DNA of 64,000 nt from NCBI GenBank assembly GCA_964633115.1, contig CAZWEO010000006.1:13091-77090 (forward strand), written 5' to 3'. Shown in pieces: positions 1 through 10,759 of this stretch. Each line of letters begins with the position of its first letter. Position 1 is the stretch's first letter. The stretch is from an uncultured Desulfobacterales bacterium. GTDB lineage: Bacteria; Desulfobacterota; Desulfobacteria; Desulfobacterales; B30-G6. The translations under genes and the position numbers were made by a program. Below the pieces are notes generated by a model. The model had not been told where the DNA came from. It saw only the letters and a program-made list of their open reading frames with translations, and searched no databases.

Positions 1-13
1 TATTAGGCAAAAC

Positions 14-979
14 ATGCAACGCGATGAATACCTTGCGCGTATCAACCGCGTAATCGATTACATTGAAAAAAATCTGGATGGTGATCTTTCTTTGCAGAAA
101 TTAGCCAGTGTGGCTAATTTTTCACGCTTTCACTTTCATCGCATCTTTAAATCCATGGTCAACGAAACCCTGAACCGGTTTATACAACGGGTGCGGGTTG
201 AAAAAGCTGCATCACAACTTATTAGCAACCCGCGGAAATCCATCACAGAGATTGCACTGGATACCGGATTTAGCGGATCGGCCTCTTTTGCCCGGGCCTT
301 TCGTGAAATTTTTCAGATGAATGCCAGTACCTACCGCTCATCCGCAAAAAACACCCAGAGCAATATCCGTGAAACGGACAGCAAGATTCGGAAACCGATT
401 GGCAAGAATCGTGAAGACGCACTTGAATTCTCCTTTTATATTGATGCACAAACCCATTACCCAACATGGAGGATTCAAATGAATGCACAACCTGAAATGA
501 AAGTCGAAGTCAAAGAAATGCCTGAATTTACTGTTGCCTACGTACGCCATATCGGTCCCTACAAAGGCGACAGTGCCCTGTTTGAGAGTATGTTTAACAA
601 AATTATGACCTGGGCCGGCCCGCGTGGGCTGCTACAAATTCCAGAGACCAAGGTTTTATCGGTATATCATGACGATCCCAAGGTTACCGACGAAAACAAA
701 CTGAGGACGAGCGCCTGTATTAGTATACCGGACGATACCCCCGTAGACGGTGAAATTGGAAAGATGACCCTGCCAGGCGGCCAGTTTGCAGTGGCCCGCT
801 TTGAACTAAAAGATGACGAGTATGAGGCTGCCTGGGACGCGCTCATGGGAGGCTGGTTGCCGGATAGCGGTTATCAGCCCGACGATCGCCTATGCTATGA
901 ACTCTGCCACACGAGCCCCAAGGATAACCCTGAGGGGCGGAGTAAGGTGGATATTTGTATTCCTGTCAAACCCTTATAA
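14..979 (+). CDS. AraC family regulator with C-terminal GyrI-like effector domain
   Basis: N-terminal FSRFHFHRIFK...ITEIALDTGF AraC HTH; C-terminal VAYVRHIGPY...WLPDSGY GyrI-like domain. Confidence 0.92.
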   Translation: MQRDEYLARINRVIDYIEKNLDGDLSLQKLASVANFSRFHFHRIFKSMVNETLNRFIQRVRVEKAASQLISNPRKSITEIALDTGFSGSASFARAFREIFQMNASTYRSSAKNTQSNIRETDSKIRKPIGKNREDALEFSFYIDAQTHYPTWRIQMNAQPEMKVEVKEMPEFTVAYVRHIGPYKGDSALFESMFNKIMTWAGPRGLLQIPETKVLSVYHDDPKVTDENKLRTSACISIPDDTPVDGEIGKMTLPGGQFAVARFELKDDEYEAAWDALMGGWLPDSGYQPDDRLCYELCHTSPKDNPEGRSKVDICIPVKPL

Positions 980-1017
980 AAACATGCCCGCCAGCATAGC
1001 TGGCGGGCATGCTTTTA
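978..1017. terminator. Bidirectional intrinsic terminator between convergent genes
   Basis: catgcccgccagc-ata-gctggcgggcatg stem with A/T flanks. Confidence 0.8.
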
Positions 1018-1713
1018 TTCTTCATAGCGTTCTTCCTTCCAGGGATCTGCGCTATTGCTGTAACCACTGGTTTCGTAAAAACCAGGCTCATCCACAGCAG
1101 AAAATTTGATTCGCTGCAGCCATTTGACGCTTTTATAAAAATAGCGATCAGGTACCAAGGCCCGTAGCGGTGCACCGTGTTTTTGGGGAAGATCTTGACC
1201 GGAAAATCCATGCGCCAGGAGTACATTCTCCTTTTTAGCCTCTTGAATCGGAATACTGCTGGTATAGCCACTGGGTGCTTCAAAGATAACAAAGCCAGCA
1301 GTGTCCCTTACTTTGACCAAATCCATAATGACCTGCATTGGTATCCCGCGCCAACGAGAATCGAGCAGCGTCCAGCCCGTGACGCAATGTACATCGCAGG
1401 TCTGAGTGACTTGTTTTAACGTCATCAGATCGGATAATTTCAAGTTCATTGGCTTTTGCACATCACCCTGAATTTCGAGTTGCCATCCTGGCACGCTGCC
1501 TTCACCGGTAGCACCACCCATGTTCCGTATCGTTTCAACAGCATGCTGTCCCGGAGGGATGGGGGGACGCCCATCCGGTCTCAATTCTGCCGCCAGGGCT
1601 TGATTGTCAAAGTCCATCAGCTTCATGAACACGCCAGGTAACCCGATGGATACAATACTGCCACCGGTAGCCGCCATAAATTTCCGACGAGATATTTTTT
1701 TTAAATTTTTCAT
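1015..1713 (-). CDS. Tat-exported sulfite oxidase/MsrP-like molybdopterin oxidoreductase
   Basis: SRRKFM twin-arginine signal; DVHCVTGW, HGAPLR and YFYKSVKWL motifs. Confidence 0.88.
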   Translation of the reverse strand: MKNLKKISRRKFMAATGGSIVSIGLPGVFMKLMDFDNQALAAELRPDGRPPIPPGQHAVETIRNMGGATGEGSVPGWQLEIQGDVQKPMNLKLSDLMTLKQVTQTCDVHCVTGWTLLDSRWRGIPMQVIMDLVKVRDTAGFVIFEAPSGYTSSIPIQEAKKENVLLAHGFSGQDLPQKHGAPLRALVPDRYFYKSVKWLQRIKFSAVDEPGFYETSGYSNSADPWKEERYEE

Positions 1714-2292
1714 AGTGATCCCTCTATATTACTCTTTGTTTTCTCAGCGTATCTGCTTACCGAGAAAATTCAGATAAAAGTGCGCCGCAGCTTCTGGTTT
1801 TTCCAACATGGGAACGTGCCCCACATTCTCCATGATTACTTTTCTGGCCTAATGATCACCTTTTTCATCATATCTGGCATATTGTCATCCTCAGACTGCC
1901 ATCAGCAATATTCTAATTCCGAATCTAACAGTGAATTTTCCACAGGGTATTTATTAAGATAATAACATATCAGCTTCGAGACAAGTAATAATCTTGGCCC
2001 TTGGCTAAGCTATCGTCCTGAAATAATAGATTCCATTATTACAGGAAAAAGTGCTAAATTCTGAAATTTCTCAATAACAAGTTCAGATTTGGAGTTCTGC
2101 TGCAATTGTAGTATAATTTTGTATTGAAATTATCGACGATGTTTCACAACATGTGTTATAGCTATTGTCATAATAACGTTCCGATTCGAAGGAAAAGCGA
2201 GACACCTATTTTTTTCAGAACATATCTTTGACATTTGGTATAAAGCATTCGAAATACGATGCTCTCGCTTCCAATTATCATGAGAGGGAACC

Positions 2293-2619
2293 ATTAAAAA
2301 AATTTGTACATTCGTCATTCTTTGGTTGGTTGCATTCAATCTTATCTGCTCAAACGCCATTGCAGATAATGCAGAGATGGTAGCGGTAAAAGCTGCGCAA
2401 CAATGGCTATCCCTGGTTGATGCCGGAAAATTTGATCATAGTTGGGAGGCGGCTGCAGCACTATTTAAAAATGCGATTAGCAAAGCGAAGTGGCATCAAA
2501 CCATCAAAGCCGTTAGACCGCCACTGGGTAAGCTAAAATCACGCAACTTGACATCTGCAACTTATACCACCGCACTGCCAGGCGCACCCGATGGTGAGTA
2601 CGTCGTCATCCAGCCCTAA
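2293..2619 (+). pseudogene. DUF4019-like exported protein, C-terminally truncated, start codon possibly mutated
   Basis: AAQQWLSLVDAG...LPGAPDGEYVVIQ then an abrupt stop; in-frame ATT after a gaggg RBS. Confidence 0.65.
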
Positions 2620-3298
2620 TCAACCGTATCCCCAACATTGATTAGGCGAATTGCCTTCCATTTACCCTGCCGGTATCGAAGCAAAGAAACACTAAACAAG
2701 GTCAATACATATATTGTCAGGATGATCCAGCAGGCATAAAGGCGATGGCTTCTATAGAAATAACAATGTTGCTTGTTGCCAAGGCCACCTTGCCAAGTAT
2801 ACCCAATCTTTTATTGCCCTGCGCAGGCACAAAATCGTCCTTAGTCTAGCCCATGTGGATTAAAAATCAGATTTCTTATAAGTCAGATAAGCCTCGTCAT
2901 AATTTTCGCCGCATTGATTTGGCAGTTTCCGGCTTATCTTTACGCGGATCAAAACATGACAGCACAATCATGCAATTCTGGTATGTGGATGATGGCGACG
3001 AAACAGCTGCGACACTATTCGAACAGCATTTTTCTAATTTTTATCAACCTGATTTCAAGCCGATTATGGCTTATAACAGTCGTCACTTCACACAGTCATT
3101 GGTTCAGCTGCATCCGGATTTATTTGAATAAAATTTTGAAGCACTCTCAGAATATATAGGCGTTGTCTAAAGATCAGATTTTTGTTCAAGATCAAGGCGG
3201 CTGATCGTTTCAATCCGCAGGAATACTTGTAGTATTTCGAGATGTTGAAACGTGAAGCCAACACCGATATTGAGCAAAAAGATTTCTTAAGACAAAGC

Positions 3299-4132
3299 CT
3301 ATTGGCAGGAGTACCGAAAGGAATCATCCAAGTCGAGTGGCAACACCAGCGTGCTGAATTGCCGATTCAGTGCGTCAGTACACAGCGTTGTCCGAGCCGA
3401 TGGATTGGTAACATACTCATTATCATATTCAGCACTGAGTACCGGTTTGCCGGCATCGATAAAGGCTGCCAGCAAATCGCACTCATCATAAGCAAAACAT
3501 TCTTCGTTGACCCCAAAATCATAGTAGTCAATCAGATCTTCAACTTGATCGAGATCGTTTTTCAAGCCGACTGCCAAGTCGCGTTCATGGGCCAGATTGG
3601 CAATTCGCCGATTGTATGCCAGCTGGTCTGCCGCTGTGAGATCGAACCCAGAATTATTAACATATCCGTCCATGTTGTCAGGTTCTACCCCGTCGCAATT
3701 TTTTTGAACAGCCAAGTCCATACGATCTTGCATGATCGCCAGGATAGATTCGGAACGGATATCCAGCCAGCGTTCGTTTGGCCAACCACTCAGCGTATTA
3801 CCCAGATCGTCGGAATCAAACGCATTGGCATCCGTTCGCCAGTCTTCGAAGGAGCCAGCCGAAAAATAGCAGATCACAATCCGGCCATCGGCTTGAAGCT
3901 GCTGGATTAGGGCTGCAGATGTATCGAAAAGATCGACATCATAGGCTGTGTTAATAGTGCCGATCAACTGCCATTGCCATGTGGTCGAAACAGAAGGACG
4001 GTACCAGTTGCCAGTCGTAATGGGTGCAATGTCCGCATCGGCGTCATCGTCGTCTCCATTACCTGAAGAGCCGCCATTGAAACAGCCACCCATTAATAAT
4101 AGTACCAGAATACTCAACAGGCAGATTCGCAT
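3299..4132 (-). CDS. Endo-alpha-1,4-polygalactosaminidase-like (GH114) lipoprotein
   Basis: Lipobox-like LMGGC; WQWQL, ICYFSAGSFEDWR, CDGVEPDNMD, GLKND and VNEEC motifs. Confidence 0.88.
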   Translation of the reverse strand: MRICLLSILVLLLMGGCFNGGSSGNGDDDDADADIAPITTGNWYRPSVSTTWQWQLIGTINTAYDVDLFDTSAALIQQLQADGRIVICYFSAGSFEDWRTDANAFDSDDLGNTLSGWPNERWLDIRSESILAIMQDRMDLAVQKNCDGVEPDNMDGYVNNSGFDLTAADQLAYNRRIANLAHERDLAVGLKNDLDQVEDLIDYYDFGVNEECFAYDECDLLAAFIDAGKPVLSAEYDNEYVTNPSARTTLCTDALNRQFSTLVLPLDLDDSFRYSCQ

Positions 4133-4243
4133 GAGCCCTCACGCCTAAACACTATTAGGTGGCCTCTCATTATTCTTGTGGTCCTAAATTTGTTCTGTTT
4201 CGTGTTAGAAATTGTTCATACTAGTTTGATTTTTAGACAACTG

Positions 4244-4543
4244 CTATGGTCTCGGACGACCTAGTCTTAGATAATCGCTTTTAATCGACCGCAGATATTG
4301 CCAGTGGGTCTTACGTTTGGGTCGTATTTTGATATCGACGATGCAATCTTCGCATAAGGATTTGCCGCAATACATGTGGACGCCACCGGCTTCTAATTCT
4401 GAGTTGCAGGAATCGCAGCAAATCAAGGGAGCCTGACTGATTTTAGTTTTGAATTTTAAATTTGAATTCCCCGCTGCTTGGCAGCGGCCGCAGTAAACAG
4501 CTGTAGATGAATTCAAATTCGGAGCGACGCAGTCGCGTTTCAT
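4244..4543 (-). CDS. Small Cys-rich hypothetical protein (start uncertain)
   Basis: CDSC...CGKSLCEDC, possible zinc ligands. Confidence 0.45.
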   Translation of the reverse strand: MKRDCVAPNLNSSTAVYCGRCQAAGNSNLKFKTKISQAPLICCDSCNSELEAGGVHMYCGKSLCEDCIVDIKIRPKRKTHWQYLRSIKSDYLRLGRPRP

Positions 4544-4568
4544 AAAATCGTTCTACGATTTTATTCGG

Positions 4569-4970
4569 CTATTCGGCATGATCGTATGATAATCCCAGCC
4601 AGATCATGGCTTCCCCAAGAGACCGGAAAACCCCAACCGCGATGGATAGACCTTCCAACTGAACGAACAATTCGTACTTTTTACTGACATTGTATTCGAA
4701 TTCTCCCCGGGCTACGATAGCGGTTTTCCCGCCAACCCGTTTTTCAGCATGCTGGGATAAATAGGTGACAATTCGCTTGAGGTCTTCATCCATGACTGTT
4801 TGGTCAGGGATAATTTCTCGCAGGTCCCAAACGATATTCAGTGTGGGTGGATGACCCGGATCCTCATAGATAGGTTGTAGAGATGAGAGTAATTCATCGA
4901 CATCTAGCTCGCCTTCCAGAATAAAGGTGGTCAGATTATTGTGTCTATCTATATTTGATGAAATCGGCAT
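4569..4970 (-). CDS. Hypothetical protein, SpoIIAA/STAS-like
   Basis: IVWDLRE...KTAIVA...VFRSLGEAMIWL pattern. Confidence 0.6.
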   Translation of the reverse strand: MPISSNIDRHNNLTTFILEGELDVDELLSSLQPIYEDPGHPPTLNIVWDLREIIPDQTVMDEDLKRIVTYLSQHAEKRVGGKTAIVARGEFEYNVSKKYELFVQLEGLSIAVGVFRSLGEAMIWLGLSYDHAE

Positions 4971-5257
4971 GGATTAAGATTGTGCAATGCGGCTATTCTG
5001 GGTCCTGTCCATGTTTCTCGACCAAATCCTGAATCGCTTCTTCGGTTAGATCGGAAATCGATCTTTCTGTATCAACACTAAGATGTTTCAACTTCTTTAA
5101 TAGTTCGTTATTGATTCGGGTTGCAAACATTTTTTTGGAATACATAATGATTTTATATCAAAAAATTAAATTGATTGCAAATAATTAATATATTATTTTA
5201 ATTTGTTTACATGATTGCATTTTTATTAATTTGAATAATAACAAAATTAAATTGAAT

Positions 5258-6043
5258 TTATAGCTGGTAAAAAATAGGTTTACGTTTATCTTTAAATGCC
5301 TGCAAACCTTCGCGTCCGTCTGGATGATCCGCGGCTGCGGATAGTCCCTCACGTTCCAGTTCCAACTGGGTTTCAAGTGAATGAACATATGAATCGTTAA
5401 GCAGATTTTTAGACAAACCATAGGCGTGCAATGAATTTTGAACCAGTCGATCTAACATATTTGTTGCTGCCGCCACTGATTTCCCATCGCCGACAACCTC
5501 GCTAGCCAATCCCCAATCATAGGCTTGGTCTGCCGATATGGGATTGTCAAACGCTGCAATTTCCAAAGCTCGTGTGTATCCCACCAGCCTCGGCAATGTA
5601 AAGGTACCGCCGCCGTCAATACAAAGTCCATTGGATGTATAAGCTTGCTGCATCACGGCGGATTCCTCCATGACACGAAAGTCGCAGGCCAATGCTAACG
5701 AGAAACCACCTCCTGCGGCAATGCCGTTTATGGCCGCCACTACGGGCTTTTTCATCCGTCGAATCTCTAATATTGCTGCGTGGAAATGGGATGCCAAGGT
5801 GTGAAAAGCGGCACCGGGATTTTTTGCAAAACCAGTTGCCCACTTCAAATCGCCGCCGGCACAAAACGCCTGTCCCGAGCCGGTAATGATAAGACCCCTT
5901 ATATCATCATCGGCCGCCAGGGAAATTAAATGCGAGGCCAGGCTGGCGATCATCTCCAGATTGAATGCATTATAAGCTTTGGGTCGGTTCAATATCACAT
6001 GAACAATGGTACCGGCTTTCTTCACATCAATAAATTCACTCAT
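5258..6043 (-). CDS. Enoyl-CoA hydratase/isomerase family protein
   Basis: LNRPKAYNA, AFCAGGDL and AAGGGFSLALACD crotonase motifs. Confidence 0.93.
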   Translation of the reverse strand: MSEFIDVKKAGTIVHVILNRPKAYNAFNLEMIASLASHLISLAADDDIRGLIITGSGQAFCAGGDLKWATGFAKNPGAAFHTLASHFHAAILEIRRMKKPVVAAINGIAAGGGFSLALACDFRVMEESAVMQQAYTSNGLCIDGGGTFTLPRLVGYTRALEIAAFDNPISADQAYDWGLASEVVGDGKSVAAATNMLDRLVQNSLHAYGLSKNLLNDSYVHSLETQLELEREGLSAAADHPDGREGLQAFKDKRKPIFYQL

Positions 6044-6380
6044 TGCTAGATCCTCTTGGCTTCAATGTTTTGGAGCAAATATTTTACGCAGTTCTTACGC
6101 CTTAGCCGCATCAAGTAAAAAATCGCTTGAATCGGGGGAAAGGCTTAGTTTATGGAAATAAGCAAGCTATCGCCACTGGGCGGTCCACAGACTAACTTTC
6201 TTAGCACGTATGCTGGAAAGTCATCAATAATTGATGTCAAGATAGATGAATTACTGGCCCGATCTGATTGGTTAGATGGTCTTATAGGATATCTGCTTGA
6301 CCTCATTAGCGATATTTGTCATTCTGATAATGTATCACATTTCATTCAATATTCAGGTATTAACTGTGAAAGGAGGTACC

Positions 6381-6845
6381 ATGTTTCGTGTCAAAGATAT
6401 CATGACAACCGAACTGATTACGGTTTCTCCTGAGACGGAAATTCTGCAGGCAGCCAAAGTTCTATTAGGGAATCACATCAATGGAGTTCCGGTTGTAGAT
6501 GAAGCCGGCAAGCTGGTGGGGATATTGTGCCAAAGCGATTTGATCGCCCAGCAAAAGCGCCTGCCCATCCCCTCGGTGTTTACATTTTTGGATGGATTGT
6601 TCACCACGTCATCCGCGAAACAACTTGAAAAGCAGGTTCAAAAAATCGCCGCCATTACGGTTGCGCAGGCCATGACCCCCGATCCAGTTTTTATAGAGCC
6701 TGAAATGAGTATTGAAGTCGCTGCCGGTCTGATGGTAGATAATGGTTTTCATACGCTGCCGGTGTTGGAGGGTGGGAATCTGGTGGGGATCGTCGGCAAG
6801 GAAGATATCCTCAATACCCTGCTGACCAAAAACAATTCGCATTGA
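6381..6845 (+). CDS. Tandem CBS-domain protein
   Basis: VKDIMT...GVPVVD...LPVLE...GIV; aggagg RBS before ATG 6381. Confidence 0.9.
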   Translation: MFRVKDIMTTELITVSPETEILQAAKVLLGNHINGVPVVDEAGKLVGILCQSDLIAQQKRLPIPSVFTFLDGLFTTSSAKQLEKQVQKIAAITVAQAMTPDPVFIEPEMSIEVAAGLMVDNGFHTLPVLEGGNLVGIVGKEDILNTLLTKNNSH

Positions 6846-6904
6846 TATATTCACTGTGATTTGCTTTTGCTAAGACCTGGAATTTGCGCACGACGGAGGG
6901 GAAT

Positions 6905-7375
6905 ATGAGTATCGACGAATACTCACTATCTTTTGACGGTGGTTTACTCTCGCGAGGTTTCTGGCTGCAGGTCTGGGCAATTGGGTATAATGGCCAACAA
7001 TATATTTATCTAGACCATACCGGTGATAATACTTGGGCCAACGCACCCTCCCCCTTAATTGGACTAAGTCAACATTTAGATTCGAGCAAGCATGCTCCTG
7101 ATAATTCCCTGTCAACGCGCCTTCGTAAGATAGACATTGACCCCCAGGCATGTCATTTTCGAATGCTGGCATTGGGACCCCTTTTTGAAGAACAGCTAAC
7201 CTTCCACAAGCACGAACCACTTCGTAATCAGATAAGCACACTTGAATATGAGGTTGCGGCCTATCTCAAATGGCAAGGTTTTCAAGTTATCGGTAACTGC
7301 CAGAAGGGGGGCTCAGTAACCCAATCTCTTCTTGATGAAGCAAAATCAAAAGTAAACAAGTTCCTAAAAATTTGA
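6905..7375 (+). CDS. Hypothetical protein
   Basis: ggaggg RBS, 156-aa ORF, no family recognised with confidence. Confidence 0.6.
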   Translation: MSIDEYSLSFDGGLLSRGFWLQVWAIGYNGQQYIYLDHTGDNTWANAPSPLIGLSQHLDSSKHAPDNSLSTRLRKIDIDPQACHFRMLALGPLFEEQLTFHKHEPLRNQISTLEYEVAAYLKWQGFQVIGNCQKGGSVTQSLLDEAKSKVNKFLKI

Positions 7376-7419
7376 AAATAGGCTAAAATCAATTGTGCTT
7401 CAATTCTTTGTTCTGGTTC

Positions 7420-9675
7420 TCAAGCTGCCTCGTTAGCAACCACGACCTGATCTAATAAGTTTCGAACGACACGGGCCATGTCGGCCAGAACAACCGGTTT
7501 CATTAAAAAACCTTTGATTCCCATTTCTTGGGCACCATCGGCCGTAATCTGATTACTGAAACCGGTGCATAGTATGACGGGTACGTTTTTACGAATTGTA
7601 TTAATTTCTTGAGCAAGCTTATCACCAGTCATTTGAGGCATGGTCATATCCGTAATCACCATATCAAATCTATCCGGTCGCGCGCGAAACAGGTCCAACG
7701 CCTCCAAGCTGTTGGTCCGAGTTTCTACCTTGTAGCCTAACCTTAGCAACATTTGTTCGCCGATATCAACGATGGCGGGTTCATCATCCACCAATAGAAT
7801 CTGTTCTCGGCCTCTAGCTAATATGGGTCGAGAAATTGGCTCGCTTTTCTCTGGACCATGCCCAATGGTCGGCAAAAGAACTTCAAAGACTGAACCATGT
7901 CCCAATTCACTGACGGCGTGAATGGTGCCACCATGGCTTTTAACAATACCATGATCGACAGCCAGACCCAGCCCAGTGCCCTCGCCGCGTTCTTTGGTCG
8001 AGAAAAAAGGATCGAACACGTTTTCTAGAATGTTGGGGGTGATACCTTGCCCGCTATCACGAACACTCAGTTTAATGTAAGCACCTGGCTCTAAATCTTG
8101 AAAATTGTTTTCAAGCCTTTGCCCAATTTCCATATCTGTAATGTTTACTTCGAGTACCCCACCGCTCTCCTGCATGGCATGTCCGGCATTGGCACACAAA
8201 TTCATTAAGATTTGGTGAATCTGTGTTGAATCGCCCATCACCAACGAGTCACTCAAGATATTTTGCCTTATTTCTATGGTTGTCGGCAAGGATGCGCGTA
8301 AAAGCCCAAGCGCCTCGTTGACAATGATGTTCACAGAGACCGGTTTAAATTTCTGTTCTGTTTGTCGGCTGAAGGTTAGAATCTGCTTAACCAAATCTTT
8401 AGCCCGATTACCGGCCTTTAGGATGTCTTTTAGATATTTAGCCGTACGTTTATCTACCTTGGCACTCATCTGAATCAATTCGGTATACCCGATAATGGCC
8501 GAAAGAATATTATTGAAGTCATGGGCGATGCCGCCAGCCATAGTTCCGATGGCTTCCATTTTGTGGGTTTGACGGAGTTGTTTTTCGAGCTGCCTTTTCT
8601 CTTTTTCAGCTTGCTTTCGAATAGAGATATCTCTGCCGACACCTAAAATTTCGATGGCCGTGCCTTGGGCATCACGAATGAAGCTTAATTTGGTTTCACT
8701 CCACCGGGAAGTGCCATCTTTACAATAGGATTCTAGTTCGATGACTTGTGATCTATACGGATCCACATGATCATCGCTCTCTTTTTCTAATTCTTCCTTT
8801 AATATCCGAACAGCGCTGGAAAACGATTCAGGGGCCAGTCGATCGGCAGCCTTCTGTGATAAGAACTCTTCAATGGAGTAACCCAGGGCTCTGACAACCG
8901 ATGGACTGACAAACTTCATGTTAAGATCTAGATCAGATATCCAGATCAGATCGGTAGCATTTTCGGCCAGCAGCCGGTATCTGGCTTCACTCTTTTTTAA
9001 GGCTGCTTTGGAACGGGTATTCTCAGCAATTTTTTCTTGGAGGTCGCTATTTGTCCTTTGCAATTCCAGTGTTCGATTATGCAATGTCCTGCTTGAATCC
9101 ATCAGGTAATTAATAAGCCGCCCCAATGACATGATCAACATGGTCGAGAACAGTGCAAATGCCAAGATTTTTGAAATCCATGAGGAAAAAGAGGTTGCGA
9201 CTAGGTTCATGTCAAGATTGAATGAAATCCATCCGAGATTTACAGCGAGTGCGACTCCTATCAAAATCATAAAGCAGATGACGATGATGCCAATGCCATA
9301 TCGTACCCCTCGAAACATGGTTGCAAAAATAACGGCAAAAACCATAAACATGATGCCACTCCCCACCAAGCCCATATTGACTGTGGCTACACAGCCAATT
9401 AATAGCGCAAAGATGACCAGAACCATAGACTTGATCGCATAAGAGATTTTTTGACGGCAAACGGTGGTAATCAAGATAAAGCCGTAAACCAATATATGTA
9501 TGTACATGACAGGCTGCCAACCTATTGCCACAACCCGAAAGAGAGAGGAGCCTAATGGGATAACTGAAAATGTGCAAATAGCGACCAACAGTACATTCAA
9601 TATATTTTCACGCACTGTATCGATGCATGGCTCTGTTACTTTTGTACAATCCATAGCGTCATATCTATGCATCAT
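7420..9675 (-). CDS. Membrane hybrid sensor histidine kinase (TM-PAS-HisKA-HATPase-REC)
   Basis: Several TM helices; [11 protein letters not shown]-box; GTGLGL; LVDDE...ITDMTMP receiver. Confidence 0.93.
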   Translation of the reverse strand: MMHRYDAMDCTKVTEPCIDTVRENILNVLLVAICTFSVIPLGSSLFRVVAIGWQPVMYIHILVYGFILITTVCRQKISYAIKSMVLVIFALLIGCVATVNMGLVGSGIMFMVFAVIFATMFRGVRYGIGIIVICFMILIGVALAVNLGWISFNLDMNLVATSFSSWISKILAFALFSTMLIMSLGRLINYLMDSSRTLHNRTLELQRTNSDLQEKIAENTRSKAALKKSEARYRLLAENATDLIWISDLDLNMKFVSPSVVRALGYSIEEFLSQKAADRLAPESFSSAVRILKEELEKESDDHVDPYRSQVIELESYCKDGTSRWSETKLSFIRDAQGTAIEILGVGRDISIRKQAEKEKRQLEKQLRQTHKMEAIGTMAGGIAHDFNNILSAIIGYTELIQMSAKVDKRTAKYLKDILKAGNRAKDLVKQILTFSRQTEQKFKPVSVNIIVNEALGLLRASLPTTIEIRQNILSDSLVMGDSTQIHQILMNLCANAGHAMQESGGVLEVNITDMEIGQRLENNFQDLEPGAYIKLSVRDSGQGITPNILENVFDPFFSTKERGEGTGLGLAVDHGIVKSHGGTIHAVSELGHGSVFEVLLPTIGHGPEKSEPISRPILARGREQILLVDDEPAIVDIGEQMLLRLGYKVETRTNSLEALDLFRARPDRFDMVITDMTMPQMTGDKLAQEINTIRKNVPVILCTGFSNQITADGAQEMGIKGFLMKPVVLADMARVVRNLLDQVVVANEAA

Positions 9676-9716
9676 GCCTTCCTTTAGGTCCTAAGCGATT
9701 CGCAGTTCTGTATCTG

Positions 9717-9974
9717 CTATTCTTCATGTTGATATGCTTTTTCAAAATTGTGTATCTTACCCCTAAACATGGGATAATATTTGTGCATGCAATCGCTGCA
9801 GATCGTATGCGTGAGGCTCACACTCGAATGGTTTTGCATATACTGATCCAAGAAAATCCAGCTGCCATTTTCGTTGCGGATTTTATGGCAGGCCGTACAC
9901 ACTGGTATTAGGCCTTTCAGGACATCTTGCTCTGCAGTAATTATTTTCAGCAAGCGCTTAAGATATGACTTCAC
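9717..9974 (-). CDS. Stand-alone Cys-rich signalling tail domain (GLIPVCxxC...HTICxxC)
   Basis: Paralogous to the C-terminus of the upstream PAS protein. Confidence 0.65.
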   Translation of the reverse strand: MKSYLKRLLKIITAEQDVLKGLIPVCTACHKIRNENGSWIFLDQYMQNHSSVSLTHTICSDCMHKYYPMFRGKIHNFEKAYQHEE

Positions 9975-10650
9975 TCATGACTCCGTTAGGGTTGGCCTCC
10001 AAATTAGTTGGGCCATATAAAACATGCTGACAGTCCCCGCAGACGGTGTCGGTGAGCTCAGCATCGGTTTTAGATTTCACATATGCATCCAACGGCCACC
10101 AGACTCCGTTCTCATCCCGGATTCTTTTACAACCGCTGCAAATGGGCAAAAGACCCCTTAAAGTTATGACCCCTTTGAGTAGTTCTTCTTTCTCCGTTAG
10201 AGCCTCTCTGAGCTTACGCAGTAATTGGGTTTGCTCCTGCTCCCTGTGTTTGCGCGGGGTTATATCGCTGCTAACACCGACAATTTTCAAAGGCTTTCCG
10301 GATTCCTTAATAAAGCGGGCCTTCACTTCCGCCCAGTAGGTGCCCCCATTTTTATGAAAAAATTCGAGATCCAGTTTTCGAATGATTTTTTCACCCTTTT
10401 TGAATTTAGGAAGCTCTTCTGCTAAAATGGCAGCTACCTTATGGAATGAATCGGCTGTCATCCTTTCCTGAATGTTAAATTTTCGATATTCATCCACGCT
10501 ATAGCCACTTAATTGCTGTATCGAAGATGTAATATAATCGAACTTCAGCGTATCTACGTCCACAGACCAAATCGCATCAATCAAATTATCTTCTATGAGG
10601 CGATGCTTTTCTTCCAACTTTTTTATTTTTCGCTTTATTCTGAGTGACAT
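9958..10650 (-). CDS. PAS-domain protein with C-terminal Cys-rich domain
   Basis: PAS/PAC (GVSSDITPRK) followed by GLLPICSGCKRIRD; start could lie further upstream (10749). Confidence 0.8.
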   Translation of the reverse strand: MSLRIKRKIKKLEEKHRLIEDNLIDAIWSVDVDTLKFDYITSSIQQLSGYSVDEYRKFNIQERMTADSFHKVAAILAEELPKFKKGEKIIRKLDLEFFHKNGGTYWAEVKARFIKESGKPLKIVGVSSDITPRKHREQEQTQLLRKLREALTEKEELLKGVITLRGLLPICSGCKRIRDENGVWWPLDAYVKSKTDAELTDTVCGDCQHVLYGPTNLEANPNGVMSEVIS

Positions 10651-10759
10651 TATCTTTCGCCCTATAAATTCGTATTTGCGTAAAAGTCTATAACGTGTCA
10701 TCTGCAACGGACTTACTATCGATTGCTTGAATTTGCTTTGTCGGTTCAATCATTGATGT

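Noticed and set aside
2640-3240. Possible decayed membrane-protein fragments
   Set aside because: Short ORFs with no family I can support.
3242-3910. Long antisense ORFs (also 16321-17022, 28389-29231, 33486-34049, 35203-35823)
   Set aside because: Shadows of well-supported genes on the opposite strand with no recognisable motifs.
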